DNA of 62,059 bases, filler included. It is 4 parts of 4 records of this genome, joined end to end, with 100 filler letters (N's around TTAATTAATTAA, not from the genome) between each part and the next. Parts side by side here need not be neighbours in the genome. Positions count along the whole stretch, not along the records: positions 28,366 to 47,705 come from SRR20825019_1360; 3 more parts are not named here. One strand, written 5' to 3'. The translations under genes and the position numbers were made by a program. The notes below the pieces were generated by a model. The model saw only the letters and a list, made by a program, of their open reading frames with translations, had not been told where the DNA came from and made no database searches. Numbering within the stretch: position 1 is the stretch's first letter; the number at the start of each line of letters is the position of its first letter. This document shows, piece by piece, positions 28,266 through 38,200 of this stretch.

Positions 28266-28365
28266 NNNNNNNNNNNNNNNNNNNNNNNNNNNNNNNNNNN
28301 NNNNNNNNNTTAATTAATTAANNNNNNNNNNNNNNNNNNNNNNNNNNNNNNNNNNNNNNNNNNNN
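28266..28365. other. Artificial contig linker
   Basis: N44-TTAATTAATTAA-N44 (stops in all frames), identical to the other two linkers. Confidence 0.97.
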
Positions 28366-28680
28366 GCCGTCATGACCGCAGGCATGCATCTTGCCGGGGT
28401 TTTCCGAAGCGTACTCGACGCCGGTCTGCTCCGTGATATCGAGCGCATCGATATCGGAACGCAGGCCAATGGCACCGCCCTCGCCGTTACCCTTCAATGT
28501 GCCGATCACACCGGTTCCGGCCAGCCCCCGATGCACCTCGATACCGAAGCTCTCCAGCTTCTCGGCGATGAAGGCGGCGGTCCAATGTTCCTCGAACGCT
28601 GTTTCGGGATGCCGGTGCAGCTCACGCCGCCATGCGGTCATTTCCTCGTGGAACTCGGCGATCCGGTTATTGATGGGCAT
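28366..28680 (-). CDS. M20 amidohydrolase, N-terminal fragment truncated by contig end (different paralog)
   Basis: 'WRRELHRHPETAFEE', 'LRSDIDAL', 'MHACGHDG'. Confidence 0.88.
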
Positions 28681-28706
28681 TGGATAATCCGCTCCGTTAA
28701 TTGAAC

Positions 28707-29981
28707 TCAAAAGGCCGCGTTTGCAGCTGAAGCAAAGCGGAGCACATTGTCCGCCGGGCTGCGCGTTTCATGCTCGGCATCATCCGTGCGGATCCGGGCC
28801 GGAACGCCATTCTTCACCACCATACGATGGTTCGCCCGATCCGCAACCCGGTCGATATCGGCCAGCGGATCGCCATCGACGATCAGCAGATCGGCGTGAT
28901 TGCCTTCAGCGACGGTGCCACGTTCTTCCAGCCCCATCAGGTCGATGCCATTGCGGGTGGAGAAGATGATCGCGTCCATCGGCGCAATGCCGATATCGAC
29001 CATGTAGCGCAGCTCCAGCGCGTTCTTGCCATGCTTGTTGAACGGCGTGCCCGCGTCGGTGCCCATGGCGATCTTGCCGCCTGCGTCATAGAACATCTTG
29101 ATCGACTGGATATGACGTTCCTCGACCCGCATGGCCTTCTCCACCGCCTGCATCGGAACGCCATTATCCTTGTTGGAAACGATGTTCTTCACCGCCGCCA
29201 GGGTTGGCACCAGATAGGTTCCGGCCTCCAGCATTTCCTTCAGGCATTGATCGTCCATGAAGATGCCGTGCTCGATCGAGGCAACACCGGCGCGGACGGC
29301 GTTCAGGATACCGAGACCGCCCTGGGCATGGCTGGCGGCGCGCTTGTGGAAGCGTTTGCCCTCGGCCACACCCGCCGCCATTTCCTCTGCCGTGAAATGC
29401 GCGTCCTCGGGGCTCACTCCCGGCGTCATCACGCCGCCGGTCGCCATCAGCTTGATCAGGTCGGAGCCGGCATAGATCTGCTCACGCACGGCCTTGATCA
29501 CCTCGTCAACGCCATCGGCAATGCGGCCATTGCGGTTGCCGTGCCCGCCGGTCATGCAGATGATCTTGCCGGAACAGAGGATGCTCGGCCCGATCTGGGC
29601 ACCGCTGTTACAGGCATCGCGCACGGCGAGCTCCAGATAGTCCTTGCCGCCGCAATCCCGGAGCGCGGTGATGCCGCCCATCAGGGAAGTCTGCGCGTGC
29701 TTGTAGGCCGCCATGGTGATCTGGCCCGGCGTCATCATCGCCTGGACTGAGGCCGGATTGCCCTCCCCGCCCATGCAGAGATGGACATGGCAATCGACCA
29801 GCCCCGGTAGCAGCGTGCCGCCGGTGAAATCGACCCGGAAGCCGGTGAAACCCTGGAAACGGTCACGGGGGGCAACCTCGGCGATCCTGCCGTCGCGCAC
29901 CATCACACCGTGGTTTTCGAGGCTGGCGCCAGCTCCGTCGAGAATGGTGCCGCCCTCATAAAGGGTTTCAGTCGTCATCAT
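28707..29981 (-). CDS. Metal-dependent amidohydrolase (Xaa-Pro dipeptidase/imidazolonepropionase-like)
   Basis: 'PGLVDCHVH', 'IKLMATGGV', 'SHAQG', 'SIEHG', 'MGTDAG', 'ADLLIVDGDP'. Confidence 0.88.
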   Translation of the reverse strand: MMTTETLYEGGTILDGAGASLENHGVMVRDGRIAEVAPRDRFQGFTGFRVDFTGGTLLPGLVDCHVHLCMGGEGNPASVQAMMTPGQITMAAYKHAQTSLMGGITALRDCGGKDYLELAVRDACNSGAQIGPSILCSGKIICMTGGHGNRNGRIADGVDEVIKAVREQIYAGSDLIKLMATGGVMTPGVSPEDAHFTAEEMAAGVAEGKRFHKRAASHAQGGLGILNAVRAGVASIEHGIFMDDQCLKEMLEAGTYLVPTLAAVKNIVSNKDNGVPMQAVEKAMRVEERHIQSIKMFYDAGGKIAMGTDAGTPFNKHGKNALELRYMVDIGIAPMDAIIFSTRNGIDLMGLEERGTVAEGNHADLLIVDGDPLADIDRVADRANHRMVVKNGVPARIRTDDAEHETRSPADNVLRFASAANAAF

Positions 29982-30030
29982 GTGTCCTCACCGGGCCGTT
30001 CAGGCCCGTTCTTTGTTTTGCTGTCGTCAG

Positions 30031-30945
30031 TCAGATATGTGTCACGGAAGGCAGGTCGGCCAAAGCCGCGTTGATCCGTCCCTCATTCAACTCCGGAGAC
30101 TGGGCTCCTGGCAAGGTGCAGATCACTCCGCTGGCGGCAACAGCCCGGCGAACGGCATCGACCATGTCCTCGCCACGATCCAGCGCCGCGCTCAGAACAC
30201 CGCAAAACGTATCCCCCGCGCCAACCGTATCAACTGGCGTAATCGGCAATGCCGGGACCTTGAAACAGTCCCCGGCATGCGCGGCCACGACACCCGCGGC
30301 ACCGATGGTGACAATCCCCGTGCCCCGGCACAGCCGGGCGAGACCGCGCGCGAGATCCGCTTTCTCCAGATCCGGGCCACCGCCAAGCAACCCCATAGCC
30401 TCTTCCTCGTTGGCGATGAGAATATCGACATCGGCGAGCACCTCGCGGGAAAGCGGACGGAAGGGCGCATCATTGAGAATCACCCGGCAGCCCTTCGCCC
30501 GCGCCCTCCGGATAGCCGCCTCGGTCTCCGCTTGCGGCAATTCCATTTGCAGGAGCAGGCTTGTCTGCGGGTTCAGAAGATCATCCGGCAGCCACTCCGC
30601 GGAGACTTTCGTGTTCGCGCCGCTGGCGACGAGGATCTGATTCTCGCCACTGGCCTCTACGGCGATCACAGCCGTGCCGGTCACACCGTCAATGACATGA
30701 ACGCTGGCGGTGTCAATCCCGGCCTGCTCCAGCGCCGCCATACAGGTGGAGGCATTCGGATCGCGTCCAACGGCTCCGACGAAACGGACATCCGCCCCGT
30801 CCCGCGCCGCCGAAACCGCCTGATTAGCTCCCTTGCCGCCGGGACGGAGACTGTACCCGTCGGTCAGAACCGTTTCCCCCGGCCGGGGCAATTTTTCGAA
30901 GGAAAAAAAGATGTCTGCATTAATCGATCCGAGCACGACAATCAT
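30031..30945 (-). CDS. rbsK: Ribokinase (PfkB family)
   Basis: Start MIVVLGSINAD; 'PGGKGANQA', 'DTVGAGDTF', 'GAQ'. Confidence 0.85.
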   Translation of the reverse strand: MIVVLGSINADIFFSFEKLPRPGETVLTDGYSLRPGGKGANQAVSAARDGADVRFVGAVGRDPNASTCMAALEQAGIDTASVHVIDGVTGTAVIAVEASGENQILVASGANTKVSAEWLPDDLLNPQTSLLLQMELPQAETEAAIRRARAKGCRVILNDAPFRPLSREVLADVDILIANEEEAMGLLGGGPDLEKADLARGLARLCRGTGIVTIGAAGVVAAHAGDCFKVPALPITPVDTVGAGDTFCGVLSAALDRGEDMVDAVRRAVAASGVICTLPGAQSPELNEGRINAALADLPSVTHI

Positions 30946-31011
30946 GATCTGCTTCCGTCCGGTGCTGAATGTTAGTAAGCCTCTTTGATACATAAAATGC
31001 GCGGTTAGCAC

Positions 31012-32439
31012 ATGATCTATCCTGTCATCCTCTCCGGAGGCTCCGGCACGCGGCTCTGGCCGGTTTCCCGGGCGCTCTACCCGAAGCAACTGCTTCCGAT
31101 ACTGAGTGATCGGACCATGCTGCAGGAAACGGCGCTGCGATTCCCGGCCTCCGAAGGCTTTGGCCCGGCCTCCGTGATCTGCAATGCGGAGCACAGATTC
31201 GCCGTTGCGGAGCAGCTTCAAAGCGCCGGCGTCGAAACCTCCGCCATCCTGCTCGAGCCGGTCGGACGCAATTCCGCCCCGGCGGCGGCGGTTGCCGCCC
31301 TGCATGTGCGGAGTATCGATCCGGACGGACTTGTTCTGCTGCTGGCTTCCGATCACCGGATCGAGCGCCCGGACGCCTTTCGTGCGGCCGTCGCGACCGG
31401 TGCCGTGGCCGCGAAAGCGGGGCGGCTGGTTACTTTCGGCATCACGCCGACTCTCCCGGAGACCGGGTATGGCTATATCCGCCGCGACGGCACACTCGAC
31501 GGTATGGACGGCTGCTACGCGATCGAGGGGTTTGTCGAGAAACCCGATCTCGAAACCGCTCAAAGCTATCTCGAAGCGGGCGACTATTACTGGAACAGCG
31601 GAACCTTCCTCTTCCGGGCAGCCGCTTTCCTGGCCGAGCTTGAACGGCTGGCGCCGGACATTTTGACCGCAGCAGAAGCGGCGCTGGAAAAGGGCGTCTC
31701 GGACCTCGACTTCAAGCGCCTCGACGGCGAAGCCTTTGCCGCCGCGCCCTCAATATCCATCGACTATGCCGTGATGGAAAAAACCCATCTCGGCGCCGTC
31801 GTGCCGCTGGATGCCGGCTGGTCCGATGTCGGCTCCTGGAGCGCTCTCTGGGCCGTGCAGGACAAGGATGCGAACGGTAACGCGACGCATGGCGATGTCT
31901 GGCTGCACAACGTGAAGGATACCCTGGTACGCGCCGAATCCCGGCTGGTCACCGTCATCGGTACGGAAAAGCTGATCGTGGTCGAATCCCCCGACGCAAT
32001 TCTGGTCGCGTCGATGGCCTCCGATCAGGACGTGAAACTCGCCGTCGAGGCGCTGAAACAGAACGGCCGGCCGGAAGCGATCAGCCACGCAACCACCTAC
32101 CGGCCCTGGGGCAGCTACCGCAACATCGACAGCGGAGGCGGCTATCAGGTCAAGCGCATCACCGTGACACCTGGCGGGCGGCTCTCCCTGCAAAGCCACA
32201 AGCACCGGGCTGAGCATTGGACCGTGATATCAGGAAAAGCCCTGGTCACGCGCGGACCGGACATGGATCGGCTGGACGTCATCCATCTGGATGCCGATCA
32301 GTCCGTCGACATCCCGCTTGGCTGGATTCACCGGCTGGAAAACCCGACGGACGAACCGCTGATCATCGTCGAGGTCCAATCCGGCTCCTATCTCGGTGAG
32401 GACGATATCGAGCGTTTCGACGATCAGTACGGGCGATGA
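31012..32439 (+). CDS. manC: Mannose-1-phosphate guanylyltransferase / mannose-6-phosphate isomerase
   Basis: 'GGSGTRLWPVSR..PKQ', 'EPVGRNSA', 'FVEKP', 'SIDYAVME', C-terminal cupin 'RPWG..LSLQSH.HRAEHW'. Confidence 0.95.
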   Translation: MIYPVILSGGSGTRLWPVSRALYPKQLLPILSDRTMLQETALRFPASEGFGPASVICNAEHRFAVAEQLQSAGVETSAILLEPVGRNSAPAAAVAALHVRSIDPDGLVLLLASDHRIERPDAFRAAVATGAVAAKAGRLVTFGITPTLPETGYGYIRRDGTLDGMDGCYAIEGFVEKPDLETAQSYLEAGDYYWNSGTFLFRAAAFLAELERLAPDILTAAEAALEKGVSDLDFKRLDGEAFAAAPSISIDYAVMEKTHLGAVVPLDAGWSDVGSWSALWAVQDKDANGNATHGDVWLHNVKDTLVRAESRLVTVIGTEKLIVVESPDAILVASMASDQDVKLAVEALKQNGRPEAISHATTYRPWGSYRNIDSGGGYQVKRITVTPGGRLSLQSHKHRAEHWTVISGKALVTRGPDMDRLDVIHLDADQSVDIPLGWIHRLENPTDEPLIIVEVQSGSYLGEDDIERFDDQYGR

Positions 32440-33086
32440 CAGAGGACGAGCCAGCACCAGAGTTCGATGAGGCGTTCAGGGCGCGGTTTGAACAACTGCT
32501 GCGCTGGCGCCGGGACGTCAGGGCCTTCCGGCCCGATCCGCTTCCCGAAGGGGCTCTGCAGCGCCTTGTAGAGGTCGCATCGCTCGCCCCTTCCGTCGGC
32601 TACAGCCAGCCCTGGCGCTTCGTTACTGTTTCCGATCCGGAGCGCCGGAAGACCGTCCGGGCCGCGTTCGAGGACGCGAACAGGGACGCGCTTGAAGGCT
32701 ATGACGGCGAGCGAAAGCAGCTCTATGCCCGCCTGAAACTGGCCGGGCTGGATCAGGCGCCGGAGCAGGTCGCCATCTTCACCGATCACGGAACACCGCG
32801 CGGCCATGGCCTTGGCCGGCAGACCATGCCGGAAATGCTGGATTACTCCACCGTGAATGCCATCCACACATTCTGGCTCGCCGCCCGCGCGGAAGGCATC
32901 GGCGCGGGCTGGCTCTCAATCCTCGACCCGATCCGCGTTACCGAGGCGCTGAATGTGCCGGAAAGCTGGTCCCTCACCGCCTACCTCTGTGTCGGCTATC
33001 CGGCGGAAGAGTCGGAACGCCCGAAACTGGAGCAAGTCGGCTGGGAAGAGAAAGCGGCCGAGAGCAGTACGATCCTGCGCCGCTAA
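32436..33086 (+). CDS. bluB: 5,6-dimethylbenzimidazole synthase
   Basis: 'WRRDVRAF', 'APSVGYSQPWRF', 'LKLAGL', 'LGRQTMPEMLDYS', 'WLAARAEGIG.GW.SI'. Confidence 0.9.
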   Translation: MTEDEPAPEFDEAFRARFEQLLRWRRDVRAFRPDPLPEGALQRLVEVASLAPSVGYSQPWRFVTVSDPERRKTVRAAFEDANRDALEGYDGERKQLYARLKLAGLDQAPEQVAIFTDHGTPRGHGLGRQTMPEMLDYSTVNAIHTFWLAARAEGIGAGWLSILDPIRVTEALNVPESWSLTAYLCVGYPAEESERPKLEQVGWEEKAAESSTILRR

Positions 33087-33110
33087 CCACGAGCCTGCCG
33101 GAAGCCAAAC

Positions 33111-34742
33111 CTAGCGCGGTGTTCTGAGCCGCGTGGGCTGGATCACCGCCACCACGATCAGGGGAAGTGCGATGGTCAGCACCGCGACGGTGATCAGCAA
33201 CATCCCAAGCTCGCTATAGTCGGCTGGAACCTGTATTTCTCCCGTCGTCCGGTCCCGCACTTCCCGCGTGACCAGGAATATCTGGTTCAGATATTTTGTG
33301 CCGAGGGCTCCGGCGGAAAGGCCAAGATTGATGAAGGACGCCATGACCGCAAAGAAGGTCGCCTTCAGATGCACCGGCGCGGTCTTGGCAATCCAGGCGA
33401 GCACGGGGATCAGCGAGACCTGACCGAGCGGCGATTCAATTGCCGTATCGATCAGGGCGATGAACCGGGCATCCACTACCCCGCCGGTCAACGGCGCCGT
33501 CCATTCATGGATGCCGTAATAGAGCGCGATATCCGGCAGCGAGAGAATTCCGGCGAACAAAGACAGCAGGACCACGATATAGGCGATTGACCGTGTTGCC
33601 ATAAGCGGCCGCAAGACCACCATCCCGACCATCGCCAGGCCCGCGCTGATCAGTGTCAGAACGGAGAAAAACTGCTGGTCGAAGCCAAGCTCGTCGATGT
33701 TGAACCAGGCCGACCCGGCACCCGGAGAAGGTATCGCCCGGAACACGAAGACGATAATCGAGGTCCCGATAAGCGCGAGCCTCTGGGCCGGCTCCAGCTC
33801 AGGTAACAGGCGGGAAATCAGGAAGCAGACAATTGCCATCGATCCGGCAAAGACAACCTCTTCCGAATAGCCGAAACCGCTCAGACCGACGCTGATCGTG
33901 AAGGCGGCGAACACCAGACTGCCGCCGAGAATCCACCAGTTCGGGTGTGCCTCCCCGTCCGGCCGGAACAGCATTGCGTCGACTTCGGCGGGCGGCAGAC
34001 CGGTCGCGCGCAGCTTGCGCGCCCGGTGACGCAGCATGATCCCGCCCAGAATGACACCGACAACGGACACCAGCGGAACGGCAAGCGCGAGCAGATAGAT
34101 ATCGGCATAGATGCCGACTTTCTCCGCCTCGCTCATATCCGCCACGCCGTTGAACATCGTGATATTGACGACAGCCACAAGCGCGATCCCGCCGATCAGC
34201 GCAAAACGGCCAAGCATCTGCATGGTGGTGTGCATGGCCTTGACGTCGTCTTCCGCGAACGGCTCGCCATTTTCATCAAGGACCGGTACTGCTTCGACGG
34301 TCATGGCATCGGCGACCGCGTCCTGCAGGATGTAGCCCGTCGGCGAAAGCAGAGCGCTCAGAACGAACCAGGCCGCAGCCGGCATCATCGCCGTCATGGC
34401 GTCCGTGTGCGCGATAAGCCCGTACATGATCAGAAGGCTTGCAGAGACCAGCAGCGCGCCGAGATAGACGAGGACCGCTTTCCACTTCCAGATGATATCG
34501 ATCAGATGCCCCACAGGCATTTTCAATGCCCAGGGGATGCCCGCCCAAAATCCAAGCGCAGCCAGGAATTCGGCAGACAGGTCCAGATATTCTTTCACGA
34601 AGAAGGTGCCGACAATCGATGTCAGCCCGGAGATGCCGTAGGCAAGATAGACCATCAGGGGCGGCAGATAGGACCAGCGCATCTGTTCGAAGAGTCCGAT
34701 GATAATCTCGTGCGCCCAAGTCTTTCTCATTGCCACAGCCAT
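33111..34742 (-). CDS. MFS-type membrane protein, BT1/folate-biopterin transporter-like
   Basis: About 12 TM helices; 'IPWALKMPVGHLID', 'QDAVADAMTVE', 'ATFFAVMASFINL'; start uncertain. Confidence 0.65.
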   Translation of the reverse strand: MAVAMRKTWAHEIIIGLFEQMRWSYLPPLMVYLAYGISGLTSIVGTFFVKEYLDLSAEFLAALGFWAGIPWALKMPVGHLIDIIWKWKAVLVYLGALLVSASLLIMYGLIAHTDAMTAMMPAAAWFVLSALLSPTGYILQDAVADAMTVEAVPVLDENGEPFAEDDVKAMHTTMQMLGRFALIGGIALVAVVNITMFNGVADMSEAEKVGIYADIYLLALAVPLVSVVGVILGGIMLRHRARKLRATGLPPAEVDAMLFRPDGEAHPNWWILGGSLVFAAFTISVGLSGFGYSEEVVFAGSMAIVCFLISRLLPELEPAQRLALIGTSIIVFVFRAIPSPGAGSAWFNIDELGFDQQFFSVLTLISAGLAMVGMVVLRPLMATRSIAYIVVLLSLFAGILSLPDIALYYGIHEWTAPLTGGVVDARFIALIDTAIESPLGQVSLIPVLAWIAKTAPVHLKATFFAVMASFINLGLSAGALGTKYLNQIFLVTREVRDRTTGEIQVPADYSELGMLLITVAVLTIALPLIVVAVIQPTRLRTPR

Positions 34743-34891
34743 GCTTGTCTCAGTTGATCCAATCACACTGCCTGATCGCGAGCAGCGTGCCTAACCCTTT
34801 ATGATTTTGTGACTTCTGCGGACTTCATTGCGGCCAACTCTCTCGTATAGACTGGGCGTTGCGCTTCACCTTAGGACCATCAAGAATATCA

Positions 34892-35398
34892 ATGGATCAT
34901 GCAGCCCAAAGCCTAGCAAAACTGAAGAGTATCTGCCCGACGATCCAAAATCCCAAAATCAGGGAATTCGCCGAATACTGGATCTCGATACATCCCGGAG
35001 ACCGGTTGCCGTCGCGCGCCGATTTCGACCCGATCGATATTCCAAGCCTCTTGCCGCATCTGGTGCTTGTCGATGTAACGCCCGCCCCCATCCGCTTCAT
35101 GGTCAGACTTCAGGGCACGGATGTTACGCGTGCCATGCAGCGCGAACTCAAGGGGTGCTATCTCGACGAAGCCTTTCCGGATTTCGAACAGAGCCTCCCT
35201 CACCTGGACCGGGTTCATGTCGTGGAAACGGCTCTGCCTATCCACAGAATAGGCAGAGCGAGTATTCAGTTCGCTCTTGATTATGCTCCGGTCGAACGCC
35301 TGCACCTGCCCCTTTCCAGCGACGGGGCGACAGTTGATAAGGTGATTTCAATCTTGCTCTACGAACAGAAACCCCACCCGGCGGGCTCATTGCTCTGA
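34892..35398 (+). CDS. Stand-alone PAS-like domain protein (PAS_5/DUF1457)
   Basis: 'YW...LPSRADFDP.DIP.LLPHL.LVDV', 'RLQGT', 'ERLHLPLSSDG..VD'. Confidence 0.8.
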   Translation: MDHAAQSLAKLKSICPTIQNPKIREFAEYWISIHPGDRLPSRADFDPIDIPSLLPHLVLVDVTPAPIRFMVRLQGTDVTRAMQRELKGCYLDEAFPDFEQSLPHLDRVHVVETALPIHRIGRASIQFALDYAPVERLHLPLSSDGATVDKVISILLYEQKPHPAGSLL

Positions 35399-35424
35399 CC
35401 CTGGCGGCATCCTTCAGGTTTCAG

Positions 35425-36600
35425 TCAACCGAACGGAAGACCCACGTAATTTTCCGCGATGGTCTTCCGCCCCGCTTCCGAGCCGGTGAAGTAATCAAGG
35501 TCCGCGATCTGCATTTCAGCGTCGAACGGCTCGCCGTCCGGGAACTTGTGCAGCAGGCGGGTCATGAACCAGGAGAACCGTTGCGCCGCCCAGACGCGCT
35601 TCAGTGCTGTTGCCTCATAGGCATCCAACAAATCGGCTGAGCCGCCCTTGAAGAAGGCCACCAGCGCATCATTCAGCACCTTCACGTCACCGGCAGCGAG
35701 GTTCAGGCCCTTGGCGCCGGTCGGCGGCACGATATGCGCGGCGTCGCCTGCCAGGAAAAGGCGCCCGTGGCGCATGGTTTCGCACACGAAACTGCGCATC
35801 GGTGTCACGTCCTTGCGCAGGACCGTGCCTTCATTCACCCGGAAGCCGTCTCCGGATTCCAGTCGCGTGTGAAGTTCGCTCCAGACCCGTTCATCGGGCC
35901 ATTCATCGAGATTTTCTTCCGGATCGCATTGCAGATAGAGCCGCGTGACTTCCGGCGAGCGCATGCTGAACAGGGCAAAGCCGTTCTCGTGATAGGAATA
36001 GATCAGCTCATCCTGGGCCGGCGGCGCTTCCGCCAGAATGCCAAGCCAGGCAAAGGGATAGATTTTCTCGAACATCCGCAGCCGGCCGGCCGGGATGGAC
36101 GGGCGCGACACTCCGTGGAAACCATCACATCCGGCGATGAAATCGCAGGACAGCACCACATCCTCACCCTGCCGGGAGAAGCTTACCGACGGGCTGTCAC
36201 TTTCAATGTCATGCAGCTGGACATTCTCGGCCTCGAACAGGATCTGCCCGTCGAAATCCTTCTTTAGCGCGATCAGGTCCTTCACGACCTCCTGCTGGCC
36301 ATAGACCGTGACCTTCTTGCCGCCGGTCAATGCAGGGAAATCTATGCGTCGCTTCTCCCCGCGAAAGATCATGTCCACCCCGTCATGGGGCATGCCCTCC
36401 CGGCCAAGCCGTTCACCGGCACCAATGGAGTGCAACAGCTCGACCGTCGGATGCTCCAGCACGCCCGCGCGGATCCGGCTGAGCACATACTCCTCCGACC
36501 GCGCTTCAAGAATAACGGACTCCACGCCACTCTGGCGCAATAGCTGAGCAAGCAGCAGACCGGCGGGCCCGGCACCGATGATCGCGACCTGGGTTTTCAT
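35425..36600 (-). CDS. pobA: 4-hydroxybenzoate 3-monooxygenase
   Basis: 'MKTQVAIIGAGPAG', 'RIRAGVLE', 'VYGQ', 'CDGFHG', 'GDAAHIVPPTGAKGLN', 'AENYVGLP'. Confidence 0.95.
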   Translation of the reverse strand: MKTQVAIIGAGPAGLLLAQLLRQSGVESVILEARSEEYVLSRIRAGVLEHPTVELLHSIGAGERLGREGMPHDGVDMIFRGEKRRIDFPALTGGKKVTVYGQQEVVKDLIALKKDFDGQILFEAENVQLHDIESDSPSVSFSRQGEDVVLSCDFIAGCDGFHGVSRPSIPAGRLRMFEKIYPFAWLGILAEAPPAQDELIYSYHENGFALFSMRSPEVTRLYLQCDPEENLDEWPDERVWSELHTRLESGDGFRVNEGTVLRKDVTPMRSFVCETMRHGRLFLAGDAAHIVPPTGAKGLNLAAGDVKVLNDALVAFFKGGSADLLDAYEATALKRVWAAQRFSWFMTRLLHKFPDGEPFDAEMQIADLDYFTGSEAGRKTIAENYVGLPFG

Positions 36601-36722
36601 TTTCAATCCTCCCGAACATCTCGAATTTTATCCGGGAAAGCGGGAACCGCTAAGAGAGGTTCAGGACAAAGAATTGCATTTTCCGGCCAAATTGATCTTT
36701 ATTAGAAATCTGCGCACCGATA

Positions 36723-37670
36723 ATGCGCGCCCCAGAAATCGGCAAATTCCTTATGAACTCCATCCCTTCCTTCAATCTTTATCTGGATGGTGATGGCATT
36801 GTGGAGCCGCGTTTCCTGCATATTGAAACGATCCCGATGCGCAGTCGGGAGAATGATTGGACAATCCGGCCACACCGGCACCCGGAACTTTTCCAGTTCC
36901 TGCTGCTCACCGCAGGCGCCGCCGAGATGCAGCTTGAGGGTTCGACAGCCCGCCTCGTCGCGCCCGCCCTGACAGCCGTCACGCCGAACGCCATTCATGG
37001 CTATGTTTTCAGGCCGGACACGCAAGGCTATGTCCTGACAATCGCGGAAGCCTATCTGAGCGAACTGGTCGGGCATGCGGGTGACGCGGCGGCACGGGAT
37101 GCCATCCGGACATCAGCCATTGTGCCGCTTGCCGAAGATCTGGGAACGGTTGAAGAAATACGGCTGGCCTGCGAGCGGGTGTTTCTTGAAAGCAGGCGGG
37201 AGCAAGCCGGCAAACACGCCCTTGTGGCAGCGGACCTGCTCCGCATCCTCGGCCTGTTCATCCGGCTCACCGAAAGCGTGCGAGGGTCCAGGAACGACGC
37301 CACCGTGCCGGACAATCTGTTCGAACGGTTCCGGACACTGGTGGAAGAGTGCTTCCGGGATCAGCTCACGATTACGGATTATGCGGAACGTCTGGCAACA
37401 TCCGAGCGCACCTTGCGCCGGGCGACACAGGCGCGCTCCGGACGCACGCCGCTCGAGATACTAAAGCAGCGCACCCTGCTCGAAGCGCAACGAGACCTGC
37501 TCTACACGGCCCGGTCCGTCGCGGAAGTCGCCTACGGCCTCGGCTTTGAAGACCAGGCCTATTTCAGCCGCTTCTTCGCCACCGGAACCGGCCTGACGCC
37601 AACCCAGTTCAGAAAACAGCATAAATCCTATCTGACGGGCACTCCGGAAATCGATACAACAGATGTCTGA
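36723..37670 (+). CDS. AraC-family regulator of pobA (PobR-like)
   Basis: Cupin 'WTIRPHRH', 'HGYVF'; C-terminal AraC HTH 'EVAYGLGFEDQAYFSRFF'; divergent from pobA; alternative start 36753. Confidence 0.88.
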   Translation: MRAPEIGKFLMNSIPSFNLYLDGDGIVEPRFLHIETIPMRSRENDWTIRPHRHPELFQFLLLTAGAAEMQLEGSTARLVAPALTAVTPNAIHGYVFRPDTQGYVLTIAEAYLSELVGHAGDAAARDAIRTSAIVPLAEDLGTVEEIRLACERVFLESRREQAGKHALVAADLLRILGLFIRLTESVRGSRNDATVPDNLFERFRTLVEECFRDQLTITDYAERLATSERTLRRATQARSGRTPLEILKQRTLLEAQRDLLYTARSVAEVAYGLGFEDQAYFSRFFATGTGLTPTQFRKQHKSYLTGTPEIDTTDV

Positions 37671-37696
37671 GCCGGGAACAAAATTGCAAGGCGCGC

Positions 37697-38200
37697 ATGC
37701 ACACACTGGTCTCTTTCGCCGGCCTGCCCGGGGTCGGTAAAACGACCATTGCGCGGCAGCTCGCCCGGCAACAGGGCATTCCCTATCTTCGCGTTGACGA
37801 GATTGAAGCCGTCCTGATGGCGGACGCTCCCGGACAGGATATCGGCCCTCAGGGCTATCATATCGCCGCAGCTCTCGCCGTCTCAAACCTCACCCTTGGG
37901 CTCAGCGCCATCGTCGATTGCGTGAACCCGTGGCAGCTGACCAGAGACACCTTCACCAAAGCCGCACGCACAGCCGGGAGCAGTTTTTTCGGTGTGGAAC
38001 TTTATTGTTCCGATGAAGCGGAACACCGGCGGCGCGTCGAGACCCGGCATGCCGATATTCCCGGCAAGGCCCTGCCCGACTGGCAGAAAGTGATGGCCCG
38101 GGATTATCACCCCTGGGCCGGAGCCGATCTCCGGATCGATACGGCGACATGCACCGCCGAACAGGCGGCCGATGAAATCATCCGCGCTCTCAGCCTCTAG
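37697..38200 (+). CDS. P-loop kinase / AAA_33-like ATPase
   Basis: 'GLPGVGKTT', 'LRVDEIE', 'VDCVNP', 'HRRRVE.R'. Confidence 0.82.
   Translation: MHTLVSFAGLPGVGKTTIARQLARQQGIPYLRVDEIEAVLMADAPGQDIGPQGYHIAAALAVSNLTLGLSAIVDCVNPWQLTRDTFTKAARTAGSSFFGVELYCSDEAEHRRRVETRHADIPGKALPDWQKVMARDYHPWAGADLRIDTATCTAEQAADEIIRALSL

Noticed and set aside
28266-28365. Repeated TTAATTAATTAA within N runs as a biological repeat or CRISPR
   Set aside because: Identical synthetic 100-nt contig spacer at three places.
28024-28680. The two M20 fragments as halves of one gene or an inverted duplication
   Set aside because: Both are N-terminal halves with clearly different sequences on separate contigs; their facing orientation comes from concatenation.
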